The notes beneath the pieces are model-generated. The model was not told the DNA's origin. It searched no databases and saw only the letters and a list, made by a program, of their open reading frames with translations. DNA of 64,000 nucleotides from positions 372,001 through 436,000 of the forward strand of contig NIVC01000012.1 of NCBI GenBank assembly GCA_002269645.1, given 5' to 3'. Source of the stretch: Macrostomum lignano (lineage: Eukaryota). The position numbers and the translations under genes are program-made. Numbering within the stretch: position 1 is the stretch's first letter; each line of letters opens with the position of its first letter. Shown one piece after another: positions 24,553 through 35,899 of this stretch.

Positions 24553-24792
24553 GAGGTTGTAGCCCATAGCGGTTAGAGCATTGGACTCACTACTGGAAGG
24601 TCGGGGGTTCGATTCTCGACCCAACTAGAAACAATTTGTGTCCTTGAGCAAAACACCTTTAATCCAGCTGTAAAATGGGTGCCGGAATCAGCTGAGGTAA
24701 TTGAGGGTGTGTGTGTGGCGACCCCCCAGTCCTGCGGCTGAGCTGTCGGTTGCACATCTGGCCCATTAGGGCAGGTGTAAGCTATGATTATG
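24553..24792 (+). mobile_element. tRNA-derived SINE
   Basis: A box TAGCCCATAGCGG and B box GGTTCGATTC, followed by the shared body GTGTCCTTGAGCAA..CTGTAAAATGGGTGCC. Four copies occur in the window. Confidence 0.85.
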
Positions 24793-25179
24793 CATGGCAC
24801 GCAAAACTTTTCGGCTGTGTGATAGCGTGAGTGAGGGGACCGGGCTGTCGCTGTTGCTGAGTATTTCTTAGAAACGGAAATTTAAATAGTGACGCGTAAC
24901 ACGCATCAAACACAGCAAAACAAATTTTAAATTACATTAGGCAAACAATCTGCGTCTGGAAAAAGACAACCAGGCAAACAGCAAAGACCATTAGAGCCTG
25001 GTGAGAATAAAAAATGAAGAAATATCATGAAAACATGAAGAAATATGAAGATAGATAGAAATATCTCAGCAATATCTATCTGAAGAAATATATTTCTAAA
25101 CTAAACAGTTTAGAAAATAATGCATCGGATATATAAGAGAAGTTGTGATGTTGCTTTTAAAATGTAAATATTTGGTTTG

Positions 25180-25880
25180 CTAATATGGCGCTTTTTTGGT
25201 TGCTGATGGCGCTTTTTGGTTGCTAATGACGCTTTTTTGGTTGCTAATGAAGCTTTTTGGTTGCTAATGGCGCTAATTTGGTTGCTATTGACGATAATTT
25301 GGTTGCTAATGGCACTAGTGTGGTTTCTAATGGCGCTTTTTTGGTTGCTAATGGCGCTAGTGTGGTTTCTAATGGCGCTTATTTGGTTGCTAATGGCGCT
25401 AATTTGGTTGCTAATGGCGCCAATTTGTTTTGAATGGCGCGAATTCGGTTGCTAATGATCCTATTTTGGTTGCTAAGGCCGCTAATTTGGTTGCTAATGG
25501 CGATAGTGTGGTTTCTAATAGCGCTTATTTGGTTGCTGATGACGCTAATTTAGTTGCTAATGGCGCTAGTGTGGTTTCTAATGGCGCTTATTTGGTTGCT
25601 AATGGCGCCACTTTGTTTCGAATGGCGCGAATTCGGTTGCTGATGATCCTATTTTGGTTGCTAAGGCCGCTAATTTGGTTGCTAATGGTGCTTATTTGGT
25701 TGCTAATGGCGCTAATGTCGTTGCTAATGATGCTAATGTGGTTGCTAAGGGAACGAATTTGGTTGTTATGCGCGTCAGTCTTGTTCATAAACGGTTGCTA
25801 GGTGCTATTACGTCGGTATCGAGGAAGTCTTATCACTGCGTAATAAAATATTTTTTGTTGCTAGACCATGGCGCGTCAGT
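25180..25880 (+). repeat. Degenerate 21-bp minisatellite TTGGTTGCTAATGGCGCTAAT
   Basis: Direct. Confidence 0.92.
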
Positions 25881-26278
25881 CATGTGGTTGCTGAGAAGAT
25901 AAGAAAATTCGATAAAAATGGATAATATTGGCTACAATATACAGTTTTTGCATGGCAAAATGCGCGAAAACCACGCAAGCTAAAAGCAAAAACAAAAATA
26001 TCAAATTAAAAGAGTTATTGTTTACTTTATTGAAAAAAATTAGAATGTAAATAAGAGATAACATATTTAAGTCTGCTAGAATTAAATACAAGTGTTCTGC
26101 ACATTTCTCTCTCTCTCTACCTCTCTCCCTCTCTATCTACCTCTCTACCTACCTCTCTCCCTCTCTACCTCCCTCTACCTACCTCTCTACATCTCTACCT
26201 ACCTCTACCTCTGCCTCTACCTGTGTCCCTCTCTATCTACCTCTCTCCCTGTTACCCATCCAAATTAGCCAGAGCTGG

Positions 26279-26541
26279 TCAATAGTCACTACAATCGCTA
26301 TCTTCATCTCCACCGGCAGGGCTATCGTCAGAGCTGGCCCCACGATCGGAGTCGCTCTTCAACTCCGTGTTGGCCCTCGCTGCTTTTGCCTCCGCAGAAT
26401 CCGGATGAAACCAGGGAGCCTGCTTCGATTCACCAACGAAGGGAAACGATGCCTCTTTCGATTTCAAAATGCATCCGCGACTATCCAGACGTTTCAGCAG
26501 ACGGTTCCACATTTCGTTCACTCGCAGTAGGTGACTGTTTC
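26279..26541 (-). CDS. HELZ2: HELZ2-like helicase, terminal exon
   Basis: Acceptor AACGCAG|GA (phase 1). Completes LFIIG|NSHLLRVNEMWNRLL, the SF1 C-terminus; stop at 26279. Confidence 0.8.
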
Positions 26542-26689
26542 CTGCGTTAATTAATTGAAAAAAATTCTCATATAGGCTACTTGTAGTAGACGTTGAGGAT
26601 ATGAAAGAAACTTTTAAATTTCTTTTCCGATTTTTAGCGACGCAGAGAGAGAAGCAAAAATCCGCGCCACTTTTTTCAGCCTTTGAGGC

Positions 26690-27245
26690 GCCACTCTTGC
26701 AGCCTATGGGGCGCCACTCGTTCAGCCTATGAGGCGCCACTTTCCAAGCTTATGGGGCGCCACTCTTTCAGCCTATGGGGTCCACTTTCCAAGCTTATGG
26801 GGCGCCACTCTTTCAGCCTATGGGGCGCCACTTTTCAAGCTTATGGGGCGCCACTCTTTCAGCCTATGGGGCGCCACTTTCCAAGCTTATGGGGCGCCAC
26901 TCTTTCAGCCTATGGGGCGCCACTTTCCAAGCTTATGGGGCGCCACTCTTTCAGCCTATGGGGCGCCACTTTTCAAGCTTATGGGGCGCCAGTCTTGCAG
27001 CCTATGGGGCGCCACTTTCCAAGCTTATGGGGCGCCACTCTTTCAGCCTATGGGGCGCCACTTTCCAAGCTTATGGGGCGCCACTCTTTCAGCCTATGGG
27101 GCGCCACTTTCCAAGCTTATGGGGCGCCACTCTTTCAGCCTATGGGGCGCCACTTTTCAAGCTTATGGGGCGCCACTCTTTCAGCCTATGGGGCGCCACT
27201 TTCCAAGCTTATGGGGCGCCACTTTTCAAGCTTATGGGCGCCACA
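26690..27245 (+). repeat. 46-bp dimeric minisatellite GGGGCGCCACTCTTTCAGCCTAT + GGGGCGCCACTTTCCAAGCTTAT
   Basis: Direct; two alternating 23-bp subunits. Confidence 0.95.
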
Positions 27246-27310
27246 TACGGGTAGCTGGCTCCGACCTAGGACTATACCGGTAAATGCATAAGACAAAACT
27301 CAATATTATT

Positions 27311-27348
27311 TGCGACGCGTTTCGGCTAAAACTAGCCATCTTCAGGCA
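27311..27348 (-). ncRNA. Minimal type I hammerhead ribozyme motif
   Basis: UGC-CUGAAGA-U-GGCUA/GUUU/UAGCC-GAAA-CGCG-UC^GCA: core, stem II, palindromic stem III and 3-bp stem I. Confidence 0.75.
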
Positions 27349-27492
27349 CTATCGAACAGAATTTATTTCAACCTATTAAATACTGTGTAGACGACAAAAT
27401 CAGGTATTGAAAAGATATATATATATATATATTATATTGGAAAAAATTATCTACACAGTATTTAATAGGTTGAAATAAATTCTGTTCGATAG

Positions 27493-27530
27493 TGCCTGAA
27501 GATGGCTAGTTTTAGCCGAAACGCGTCGCA
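27493..27530 (+). ncRNA. Minimal type I hammerhead ribozyme motif (inverted partner)
   Basis: TGCCTGAAGATGGCTAGTTTTAGCCGAAACGCGTCGCA. Confidence 0.75.
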
Positions 27531-27999
27531 AATAATATTGAGTTTTGTCTTACTATTATCTGTTAAGAGTGCTTCTCTACCGCAAATGCATAAGACCTGC
27601 AGGCGTCCAGGGTAGCTAAAACTGTAAGTGGAATTTAAAACCTCACGAGAAACGGAGAGAAATCGTTACGTTCGCAAATTGAAACTTCACCTTCTGTAGT
27701 TATTGAAGCATAAAAAAATTGCTAGACGCTTTTTTTTGTCTTCGAGCTATGAATTTCAATTTAAGCTACTCAATAAGTTCCAATTCCAATGGTGTGTTGA
27801 AAGGCAGTGCTGCTCAAGTATTCTACTTGTTTTACGTCAATAAGCTACTTATTGTTGAGCGATTGGGGAGAAAATTCCCTACGACTGCTAACCTTTGAAT
27901 GACATTTTCCAGTGTACTTAGATAAAGCTAAGTCTCCGTAACTCAAACTCACACGCATATATTCAGCAATCTTAGTTACCTATTAACACCTTTTTGATT

Positions 28000-28810
28000 T
28001 GAGTGTGTGGCGCTATTTCATTCGAGGTTGTGGCGCCATTTCATTTGAGGTTGTGGTGCCAATTCAGTTGAGGTTTTGGCACCATTTCATTTGAGGTTGT
28101 GGCGCCAATTCAGTTGAGGTTGTGGCGCTATTTTATTTAAAGTTGTGGCGCTAATTCAGTTGAGGTTGTGGCGCTATTTTATTTGAAGTTGTGGCGCTAA
28201 TTCAGTTGAGGTTGTGGCGTCATTTCAATGGAGGGTGTGGCGCCATTAAAGTTGAGTTATTGGCGCCATTTCAGTTGAGGTTGGGGCGCCATTTCAACTA
28301 GAGGTGTGGCGCCATTTAAGTGAGTTAGCACCATGAGGTTGGCGCCATTTAATAGAGTGTGTGGCGCCATTTAATGAGTGTGTGGCAATTTAATTTGAGT
28401 GTGTGGCGCCATTTAATTTGAGTGTGTGGCGCCATTTAATTTGAGTGTGTGGCGCCATTTAATTTGAGTGTGTGGCGCCATTTAATTTGAGTGTGTAGCG
28501 CCATTTAATTTGAGTGTGTGGCGCCATTTAATTTGAGTGTGTGGCGCCATTTAATTGAGTGTGTGGCGCCTTTTCATTTAAGTGTGTGGCGCCTCTTTAT
28601 TTGACGTTGTGGCGCCAATTCATTCAAGGTTGTGGCGCCATTTCAATGGAGTGTGTGGCGCCATTTCATTTGAGGTTGTGCCGCCAATTCATTCAAGTTT
28701 GTGGTGCCATTTCAGTAGAGGTTGTGGCGCCATTTCAATTCGGCTTGTGGCGCCATTTTAATTGAGTTTGTGGCGCCATTTCATTTGAGATTGTGACGCC
28801 ATTTTCTGAG
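28000..28810 (+). repeat. Degenerate 21-bp minisatellite GTGTGGCGCCATTTAATTTGA
   Basis: Direct; the centre is homogeneous and the flanks are degenerate. Confidence 0.92.
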
Positions 28811-29475
28811 CTTGTGTATGAGTGCGTGCCGCGCTTAATTATGTGCCAAGGAGTTATCGGAATGGGCAGATTTGCCACAACGCTGGTTGTAGGACAATGG
28901 CCATTATGCAGCCATAAAAATAAAGATTGTAGCAGACTGGAGAAGCTGCTCGATGGCCAGCGACCGGGGGACATGGGGCGAGGCGATTAATTATTTATGG
29001 CGGTGTTTTTTTCTGGATACAAGCTGGAGTATATTCAATATAGTCGTATTCAATATTTTTCGTATTGGCTGGACTGGCTTCAGTGGCTGAGCGTAGGGTT
29101 GCATTAAGAGACTTGACCAGTCAGTCCATTTGCAACCCCTTCTGTTTAAGCTATATATAAAATTACGCCACCTATCGGGACTGCAAGCTATTAGAAAAAT
29201 TTAGCCAAGCGCTGTGAGAACTATTTGACAATGGCTCAGCATTAAAAGCTTTATGAGACTGCCATGCGATGCGATCACACTGGGGGGGGTTAAGGTTAGC
29301 TGCTACCTGTGACAGATCTGACACTTTTTTGTCAACCCTTTCTGGGAAATTTTTGTCCAGTGTCTAGCTAAACAACTAGAATATATGAATAATAAATTGC
29401 ACGAAAAATACTGCTATACAGTTTCTGACTAAACTCTGGTGAAATCCAGGGGTGTAGCTCGTAATAAGGATTTTT

Positions 29476-30146
29476 CATGGGGGCTTTAGGACTAGGGGCT
29501 TTAGCACCAGAGGATTTAGCACCAGGGGCTTTAGCACCAGGGGCTTTAGCACCAGGGGCTTTAGCACCAGGGGCTTTAGCACCAGGGGCTTTAGCACCAG
29601 GGGCTTTAGCACCAGGGGCTTTAGCACCAGGGGCTTTAGCACCAGGGGCTTTAGCACCAGGGGCTTTAGCACCAGGGGCTTTAGCACCAGGGGCTTTAGC
29701 ACCAGGGGCTTTAGCACCAGGGGCTTTAGCACAAGGGGCTTTAGCACCAGGGGCTTTAGCACCAGGGGCTTTAGCACCAGGGGCTTTAGCACCAGGGGCT
29801 TTAGCACCAGGGGCTTTAGCACCAGGGGCTTTAGCACCAGGGGCTTTAGCACCAGGGGCTTTAGCACCAGGGGCTTTAGCACCAGGGGCTTTAGCACCAG
29901 GGGCTTTAGCACCAGGGGCTTTAGCACCAGGGGCTTTAGCACCAGGGGCTTTAGCACCAGGGGCTTTAGCACCAGGGGCTTTAGCACCAGGGGCTTTAGC
30001 ACCAGGGGCTTTAGCACCAGGGGCTTTAGCACCAGGGGCTTTAGCACCAGGGGCTTTAGCACCAGGGGCTTTAGCACCAGGGGCTTTAGCACCAGGGGCT
30101 TTAGCACCAGGGGCTTTAGCACCAGGGGCTTTAGCACCAGGGGCGC
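29476..30146 (+). repeat. 15-bp minisatellite ACCAGGGGCTTTAGC (about 44 almost identical copies)
   Basis: Direct; source of the APGAL/PGAKA/LVLKP pseudo-ORFs. Confidence 0.98.
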
Positions 30147-30225
30147 CAATACTAGGGGCACCAAACTCTTGGCTACACTGCAGGTAAAGCCTGCAAAGCC
30201 AGTAAATATTCTGATGAGAACCCAC

Positions 30226-30565
30226 CGATAATGAAGAGGCCACGCCTCGCTCTTGTAAGAGCCACGTTGATCTGGTTTTCGTCCGTAATGAAGCCGAGAA
30301 ACTTGAGCTCCCAGCTCAGCACACTGGTTCTCGGTATCAGGAATCTGGGACACGACCGAACCAGCGAGAGGATAACGTAGTCAAACTCGCTGCCCTGACA
30401 GGCGATCACCGTTTTCACTGTTGGCATCGGCAATTTGAGCTGACGAATCCGAGTTGAGATCGCAGACACCTGGTACCGATACTGCGAGATGATGGCTACA
30501 GATGAGGCTGGATTGGCTCTGCGAACTCCGGTTAAGCGCAAGTAGATCTCTTTGTAAACTTGCAC
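30226..30565 (-). CDS. HELZ2: HELZ2-like helicase exon (SF1 motifs V-VI, AAA_12-type)
   Basis: AG|GTG at 30565; VAIISQYRYQV..TVIACQGSEFDYVILSLVRS..NQINVALTRARRGLFIIG; donor G|GTGGG at 30226. Confidence 0.9.
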
Positions 30566-30812
30566 CTGTTTATCAAGAAAAGACTTGTTTGTTAATAACA
30601 ACTGCTCACACTCCGATTTGATGGCGGTGTTCTAAATGCTGCCGAATGTATCTTTGTTTGCATTTTTGGCTGGTTACTAGGTCGTACAACAAGGTCAATG
30701 AAATACACTCTGCAATCAGGGGCACAGTTCATAACTTCATAGCTTGCGAGCTGGAAAAGTTCGCAAGCTCTACAAACATTCTAACTGAATGACCCATTCA
30801 CGCAAGACTTAC

Positions 30813-31264
30813 CGCAGTTTCAACCTCCAGCCGATTGCAGCGCGAAAATTCGCCACCTTCGTCGCTGGCCGCACTGCTGAGCTCCTCTTCGCCTTCGCGA
30901 TGCAGAAACACCAGCCGATCCTCCTCTCCTTCCGGTCCTACACTGGCCGGCTTGGCCACTTTGTTTGGCAGCGTTCTATACACGTGACCCTGCCTGCGAC
31001 AGCTCTCCTGGGTGCGAAGGCCCGGCCATTGTCCGTGGAATATATTGACGCACTCGCTGGTCAGGACCCCCGGTTTCGACGGCTCTCTCGGATTGTCGAA
31101 CATGCGGCCCTGTAGCAGGCGAACGTTCAAGCCGTTCCACTTGCTGCGCTCGGTCGGATTGGCCAGATCAACGTCCGGATCCACGCCTGTCCACGACGGC
31201 GACGGCGAGTGATGAGCTTGCTGTTGTAGAACTCGATGGCCGGGAAGTCAGCGAGACTGGGATG
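30813..31264 (-). CDS. HELZ2: HELZ2-like helicase exon, with a 1-nt frameshift near 31205
   Basis: CAG|CAT gives HPSLADFPAIEFYNSKL, then the frame switches to ..RLVFLH..SRCNRLEVETA; donor GCG|GTAAG at 30813. Confidence 0.8.
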
Positions 31265-31399
31265 CTGCAAAGAGTTTAAATAGGTGAAAATTCTATAGAA
31301 AAAATAGGCAAATTGCTTGACTTCTGGTGTACTCCAACAACTTCAAATGCTGCCAGTCTACATATATATCCCTATTCACGACCCGAAAAGTTCACGTAC

Positions 31400-32539
31400 C
31401 ATACGATACTGCTCCTCGAGCATGACAGAGTCCTTTTGATGCGCCTCCATAAACGAAATGTTGAAGCCCATCCGACTGGCAGTTCGGCACTGCACGATTG
31501 GACGCAACTGTTTGTGGTCGCCCAGTAGGACCAGCCGTTCAGCGTAGCTCGATGCCGGCCTCAACTCGGACCCTCCCTTGTTTGATAGCAGTATCAGAGG
31601 CGATCCCGGCGGCAGTATTGCTTCCGCTTTGCCAACCAGCGGCACCAGCACCTGCGGTTGGGTGCACATGCCAGCTTCGTCGATTATAATCTGGGTGAAT
31701 TTGCACGCTTTTTGCATCAGACCATTCGCACTGCTGCTAGTTGTGCAAAGAACGATATCAGCTTCTTGGAGGGCTTTAATTTTTTCAACTCGCACTAATT
31801 CATCGTAAAAGGTTGACCAGACCCTTTAGGCTGTCGAAAAAGTTGGCGTTTTCATCTCTTTTTTCAGCCAGCAGTGATATGGCTGGCATTTCGTCACTGT
31901 TTTTGGTTAGAAACTGGCAAAATTCGGGACTGCGATCAGCCTGCTCCGTTAGACAAGTGACCATTGATGGCGCGTCACGCATTTGGCGAGAATTAAAAGA
32001 CTCAAAGACCGCGTCGAAGTCTCGAATCAACCTTGCACTTTGACTACCGGATTTGCGAATAAGCTCGTGAAGCGACACGTCGCGTACTCTGTCGCTGCAG
32101 GTCACTTCAGTTGGTCGTCTCGTCGTGTCCGGCTTGTAGAACGGTGTGGGATACTGAGCGTCTTCAAAATGTTTACTGAAGACCCGAATAACTTTCGGGC
32201 ACTTGTTACCCAGCTTATCCAGCAGGTACTCGACAACAACATCCACAGAGCGGTTCGACGGTCCGCAGTACAAGACTTGTCGACGGGTTTTGACTTGCAG
32301 ATATTCTTTTCCCACCTTGGTGGTGGAGGACGCATCTTTAGGACGGGTGTAGCCGTAACCGCGATAGTCACTTCTTAGTTTGTTCATATCTGGAAAGTCG
32401 ATTTTAACGAATTCCGAATCCGAGTCGTCGATCATAGTATCGTCGTCGTCTGAATGAATCGGAGACCCGTTATCCATCCAGCGATTGATCCTTGAGAACC
32501 AGTAAGCTATTAGAACTCCCGTGAGCGTCTTGCCGGTGC
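31400..32539 (-). CDS. HELZ2: HELZ2-like helicase exon (Walker A end, motifs Ia, II, III), with a +1 frameshift in the homopolymer at 31807-31810
   Basis: CAG|GC ACC GGC AAG gives GTGKTLTGVLIAYWF; also LYCGPSNRSVD, ADIVLCTT, IIIDEAGM, VLLGDHKQL and LEEQYRM|GTAC. Confidence 0.88.
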
Positions 32540-32939
32540 CTGTGATAAATCAGATAATGAAAAAATCAATTAATACGAGACTAAATGGGTTACTTTCTGT
32601 GCATGTGCATGGAAAATAAAACGTTAAAAGTGGACCAAGTAAGTGAAAAAATGACGAATAATGACGCGTAACTTAGTCGCCACCAAGAAATTTATCATAA
32701 TTCGGAGAACGACCCGTTTACAAAAACCTTTAAAAAAACTTTGGCAATAGTTTGTCAAGAAAAGTTAGCCTAACGAATTCGAAAACTCATGGAAAAGGAC
32801 AAAAAATAACGGCTTTAGGATTGAACCTATAAAGACATTAGCATCTCAATATAGCATCTCGTTCGACTCTTTCATCCTCATATTTGCCCTGTGCTGCAAC
32901 AATGGCCAGCCATCACAGTTGGTAGTATTTCCACTTGTC

Positions 32940-33400
32940 ACGTCATTTTTTTAACGCTGGGAATTCCTCAGTAGCATTATCAGTTGCCAAAGCTATTATT
33001 TTAAGCGCCGACGGTCGCAGAGAAATAATGGTCCGCGTCCTTCTCGACACCGCAAGCAATCGGAGTTATATTCGACAGGATGTTTGTGCGGCCATGGTTT
33101 TTTTGTGTGGAAACGACTGAACAGTTATGAGTGTCTCTACCTTCTACGAGCGTATTGTCGCAACACAAGCATCCAATCTGGCTGTGCAAAGTTTTCCTTG
33201 CACAATCTCGATTCCTTTGAGACAGTTGTACTCCAGGCGAACATAGTTGAGACTATTTGTCAACCACAGCAATCTGTGAGGGCCAATGAATATGAGCACA
33301 CCTGTATATATCCGGCTTGGATCTCGCCGATCCGTATGACTCACGCGACGGACATACTCCGATTTTGATACTGATTGAATCAGATTTCTTCTATCATATC
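32940..33400 (+). mobile_element. BEL/Pao-type LTR retrotransposon protease remnant
   Basis: LSVAKAIILSADGRREIMVRVLLDTASNRSYIRQDVC resembles the retroviral-type aspartic protease region of BEL/Pao elements; degenerate. Confidence 0.5.
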
Positions 33401-33559
33401 GTACACGACAAGTTATTCGTGATCTAGCGGTCCCGTTACCTTAGCACTAATGCAATTCGGAAATCACCAGAGCTACAAAGTTTTCCGGAGGACTACTGCA
33501 CGAATACATCAACGGTTTGCTGCGATTTCTCAAATGCCTATCTCGAAGTCTTTATATTA

Positions 33560-34470
33560 CAGCACAATATCCGATATTTTTGGTCTCAATCGGGATTTCG
33601 TCACTGTTTTTGAGAACTGACAAAATTCGGGACTGAAGTAGCTGCTCTGTTAGACAAGTGACCATTATGGCGCGAAGCATTTGCGAGATTAAAGACTCAA
33701 AGACCCGTGAAGTCTCGATCATTGGGACTTTGACTACCGGATTGCAATAATCGTGAAGCGACACGTCCACTCTGTCCTTCACTTCAGTTGGCGTCTCGTC
33801 TTCCGGCTTGAGAACGTGTGGATACTGAGCGTCTTCAAAATGTCACTGAAGACCCGAATAATTGGCACTTGTTACCAGCTTATCCAGCAGGTATCGAAAC
33901 AAATCCAAGAGCGGTTCGACGGTAAAGCATACAAGACTTGTCACGGATTTTCACTTGCAGATATTCTTGCCCACCTACGGTGGTGGAGACGCATCTTTAG
34001 GACGGGTGTAGCCGTAACCGCGATAGTCACTTCTTAGTTTTTCATATCGAAAGTCGATTTTAACGAATAACGAAAGGGCCAGTCGTCGATCATAGTATCG
34101 TCAAACACTCGTCTGAATGAATTTTTTGGAGACGTTATCATCCAGCTCATTGATCCTTGAGAACCAGTAAGATATTAGAACTCCCGTGAGCGTCTTGCCG
34201 GTGCTGTGATAAATCAGATAATGAAAAAGTCAATCGAATACGAGACTAAATGGGTTATTTATGTGCTGTGCATGGAAAATAAAACCAAATTAAAAGTGCA
34301 CCAAGTAACTGAAAAAAATGACGAATAATGACGCGTAACTTAGTCTCACAAGAATTTATCATAGGTTCGGAGAACAGAAAAACAAAAAAAGGCAAAGGCG
34401 AAAATATAAAATTGAAAACTCTAAAAGGAGGAAAAAATAATTTAATAACTATACATTAGCATCAATATGC
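33560..34470 (-). repeat. Indel-riddled second copy of 31870-32850 (helicase exon plus adjacent intron)
   Basis: Colinear with 31870-32850, differing mostly by single-base deletions and insertions. Confidence 0.85.
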
Positions 34471-35710
34471 AACGAGATTTTCAAAAACAAGTTGCGAACA
34501 CTCCGATGACAGGGTCGTAAGCCACTCGTACGACGTGGGAAGAGACCTCAGTACAATAGTTGCGAGATATCGCCGAGTGAGATAGGGCGCTGCACTGAAC
34601 TGGACTTATATTAGACTGTTTTGCATTTTTGCACGGGAAACGATAACGATAGTGACTGTACTTAAGATAAGTAACAAAGCCAGGGGGTCCGCACAAACTC
34701 GTCTTTAGATTTAATTTAGCTCAAACACTGGGTTAGAAATGAAGTTTTTTGGAGAGTGATCGATAATTTGATACTTTGAATCATTTTTCGACACGTAAAT
34801 AGATTGAACGCTTACCAGGCGGCCCCCAAATTAGGAGATGGAATCTCAAGGTTGCTGATCGCCCTACTGGTCGTTTGCAAGCAATATCGAATTTTTGGTC
34901 CGCTTCCGCTCCGTATTGGTGTCATTAACGACAACTTTTACAGAAATGACTCACCGAATAGTCTTGAGGTATCGAAATAGTCAAGAGTTCCGACGCTAAA
35001 AATTAGTATTGATTGACTTGATTTAACGGATTCATTTACTCGAGTTATTAATTCCAAATTTTAAAAAAATAGCATACCTTTCTTGATGCTAAGATAGCTC
35101 GTCTTCACTGAGAACCATGACAACTTGAATTGGGAGGCGCTTCTTCTAAAGCCAAGAACTCCCGTCACTGAAGACGGCCAGTCCAAAAATTGAAGCATCC
35201 AGGTTTATGACACAGAAAACACGACAAAAGAGGCAAAGGCGAAAATATAAAACTTGGTGAAAATTCTCTAAATTTTAGTATTTGAGGAAATAAAGTAATA
35301 ATTAATAAACTATACATATAAGCTATCAATGAATGTCAACGAGATTTTCAAAAAACAAGTTGCGAACTACTCCGATGACAGGCCGTCGCTGCAAGCCAGC
35401 ATCGTACGACGTAGGGACAGAGACCAGTGCAGTACAAAATAGTTGACGAGATATCGCAACGAGTGAGATTCAGGGCAGCTGCACTGAACTGGACTTCGCA
35501 ATAGCTTAGACTTGCTTATTGCATTTTTGCACGGGCGCCATATACGATAAAACGATAGTCGACTGTGACTTAAGATAAGATAACGAAAGGGCCAGGGGGT
35601 CCGCAGACAGAACTTCAGTCTTTAGATTTAATTTAGCTCAAACACTGACTTAGAAAAGAATTTTGAGTATCGATAATTTGAAGTCATCTTGTCTTTTTCG
35701 AGATTGATAG
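34380..35710. repeat. Pair of noisy direct copies (about 34380-34790 and 35220-35710) flanking a degenerate helicase exon ending LIWGPPG|GTAAG at 34816
   Basis: Shared blocks such as GGCAAAGGCGAAATATAAAA, CAACGAGATTTTCAAAAACAAGTTGCGAAC and GTCTTTAGATTTAATTTAGCTCAAACACTG. Confidence 0.75.
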
Positions 35711-35899
35711 CTTAACTTCTTACAGGCTCAAATTTTTGTATGTCTCGGCTGCGTCGCCGACTGCTCTGTCGCAACTTTTAACTCTTCTGTAATCACAAGT
35801 GTAGCGACAAGACTTTACGGCAAGTCCTCACTGAATGCTTGGGGTCGTCCTAAAATGCGATACTCGGCTCTGTTTAAATCCGATGACGCAGATATGGGA

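Larger units (their letters stand above)
27295..27583. mobile_element. Penelope-like pLTR remnant arranged as a perfect 103-bp inverted repeat plus tail
   Basis: Arms at 27289-27391 and 27450-27552, a 58-bp (AT)-rich loop and a ~31-bp tail. The direct repeat AAATGCATAAGAC at 27282-27294 and 27584-27596 is the likely TSD. Confidence 0.8.

Noticed and set aside
29447-30180. hAT MITE enclosing the 15-mer array (CAGGGGTGTAGC ... GGCTACACTG)
   Set aside because: The termini match only partly and there is no 8-bp TSD.
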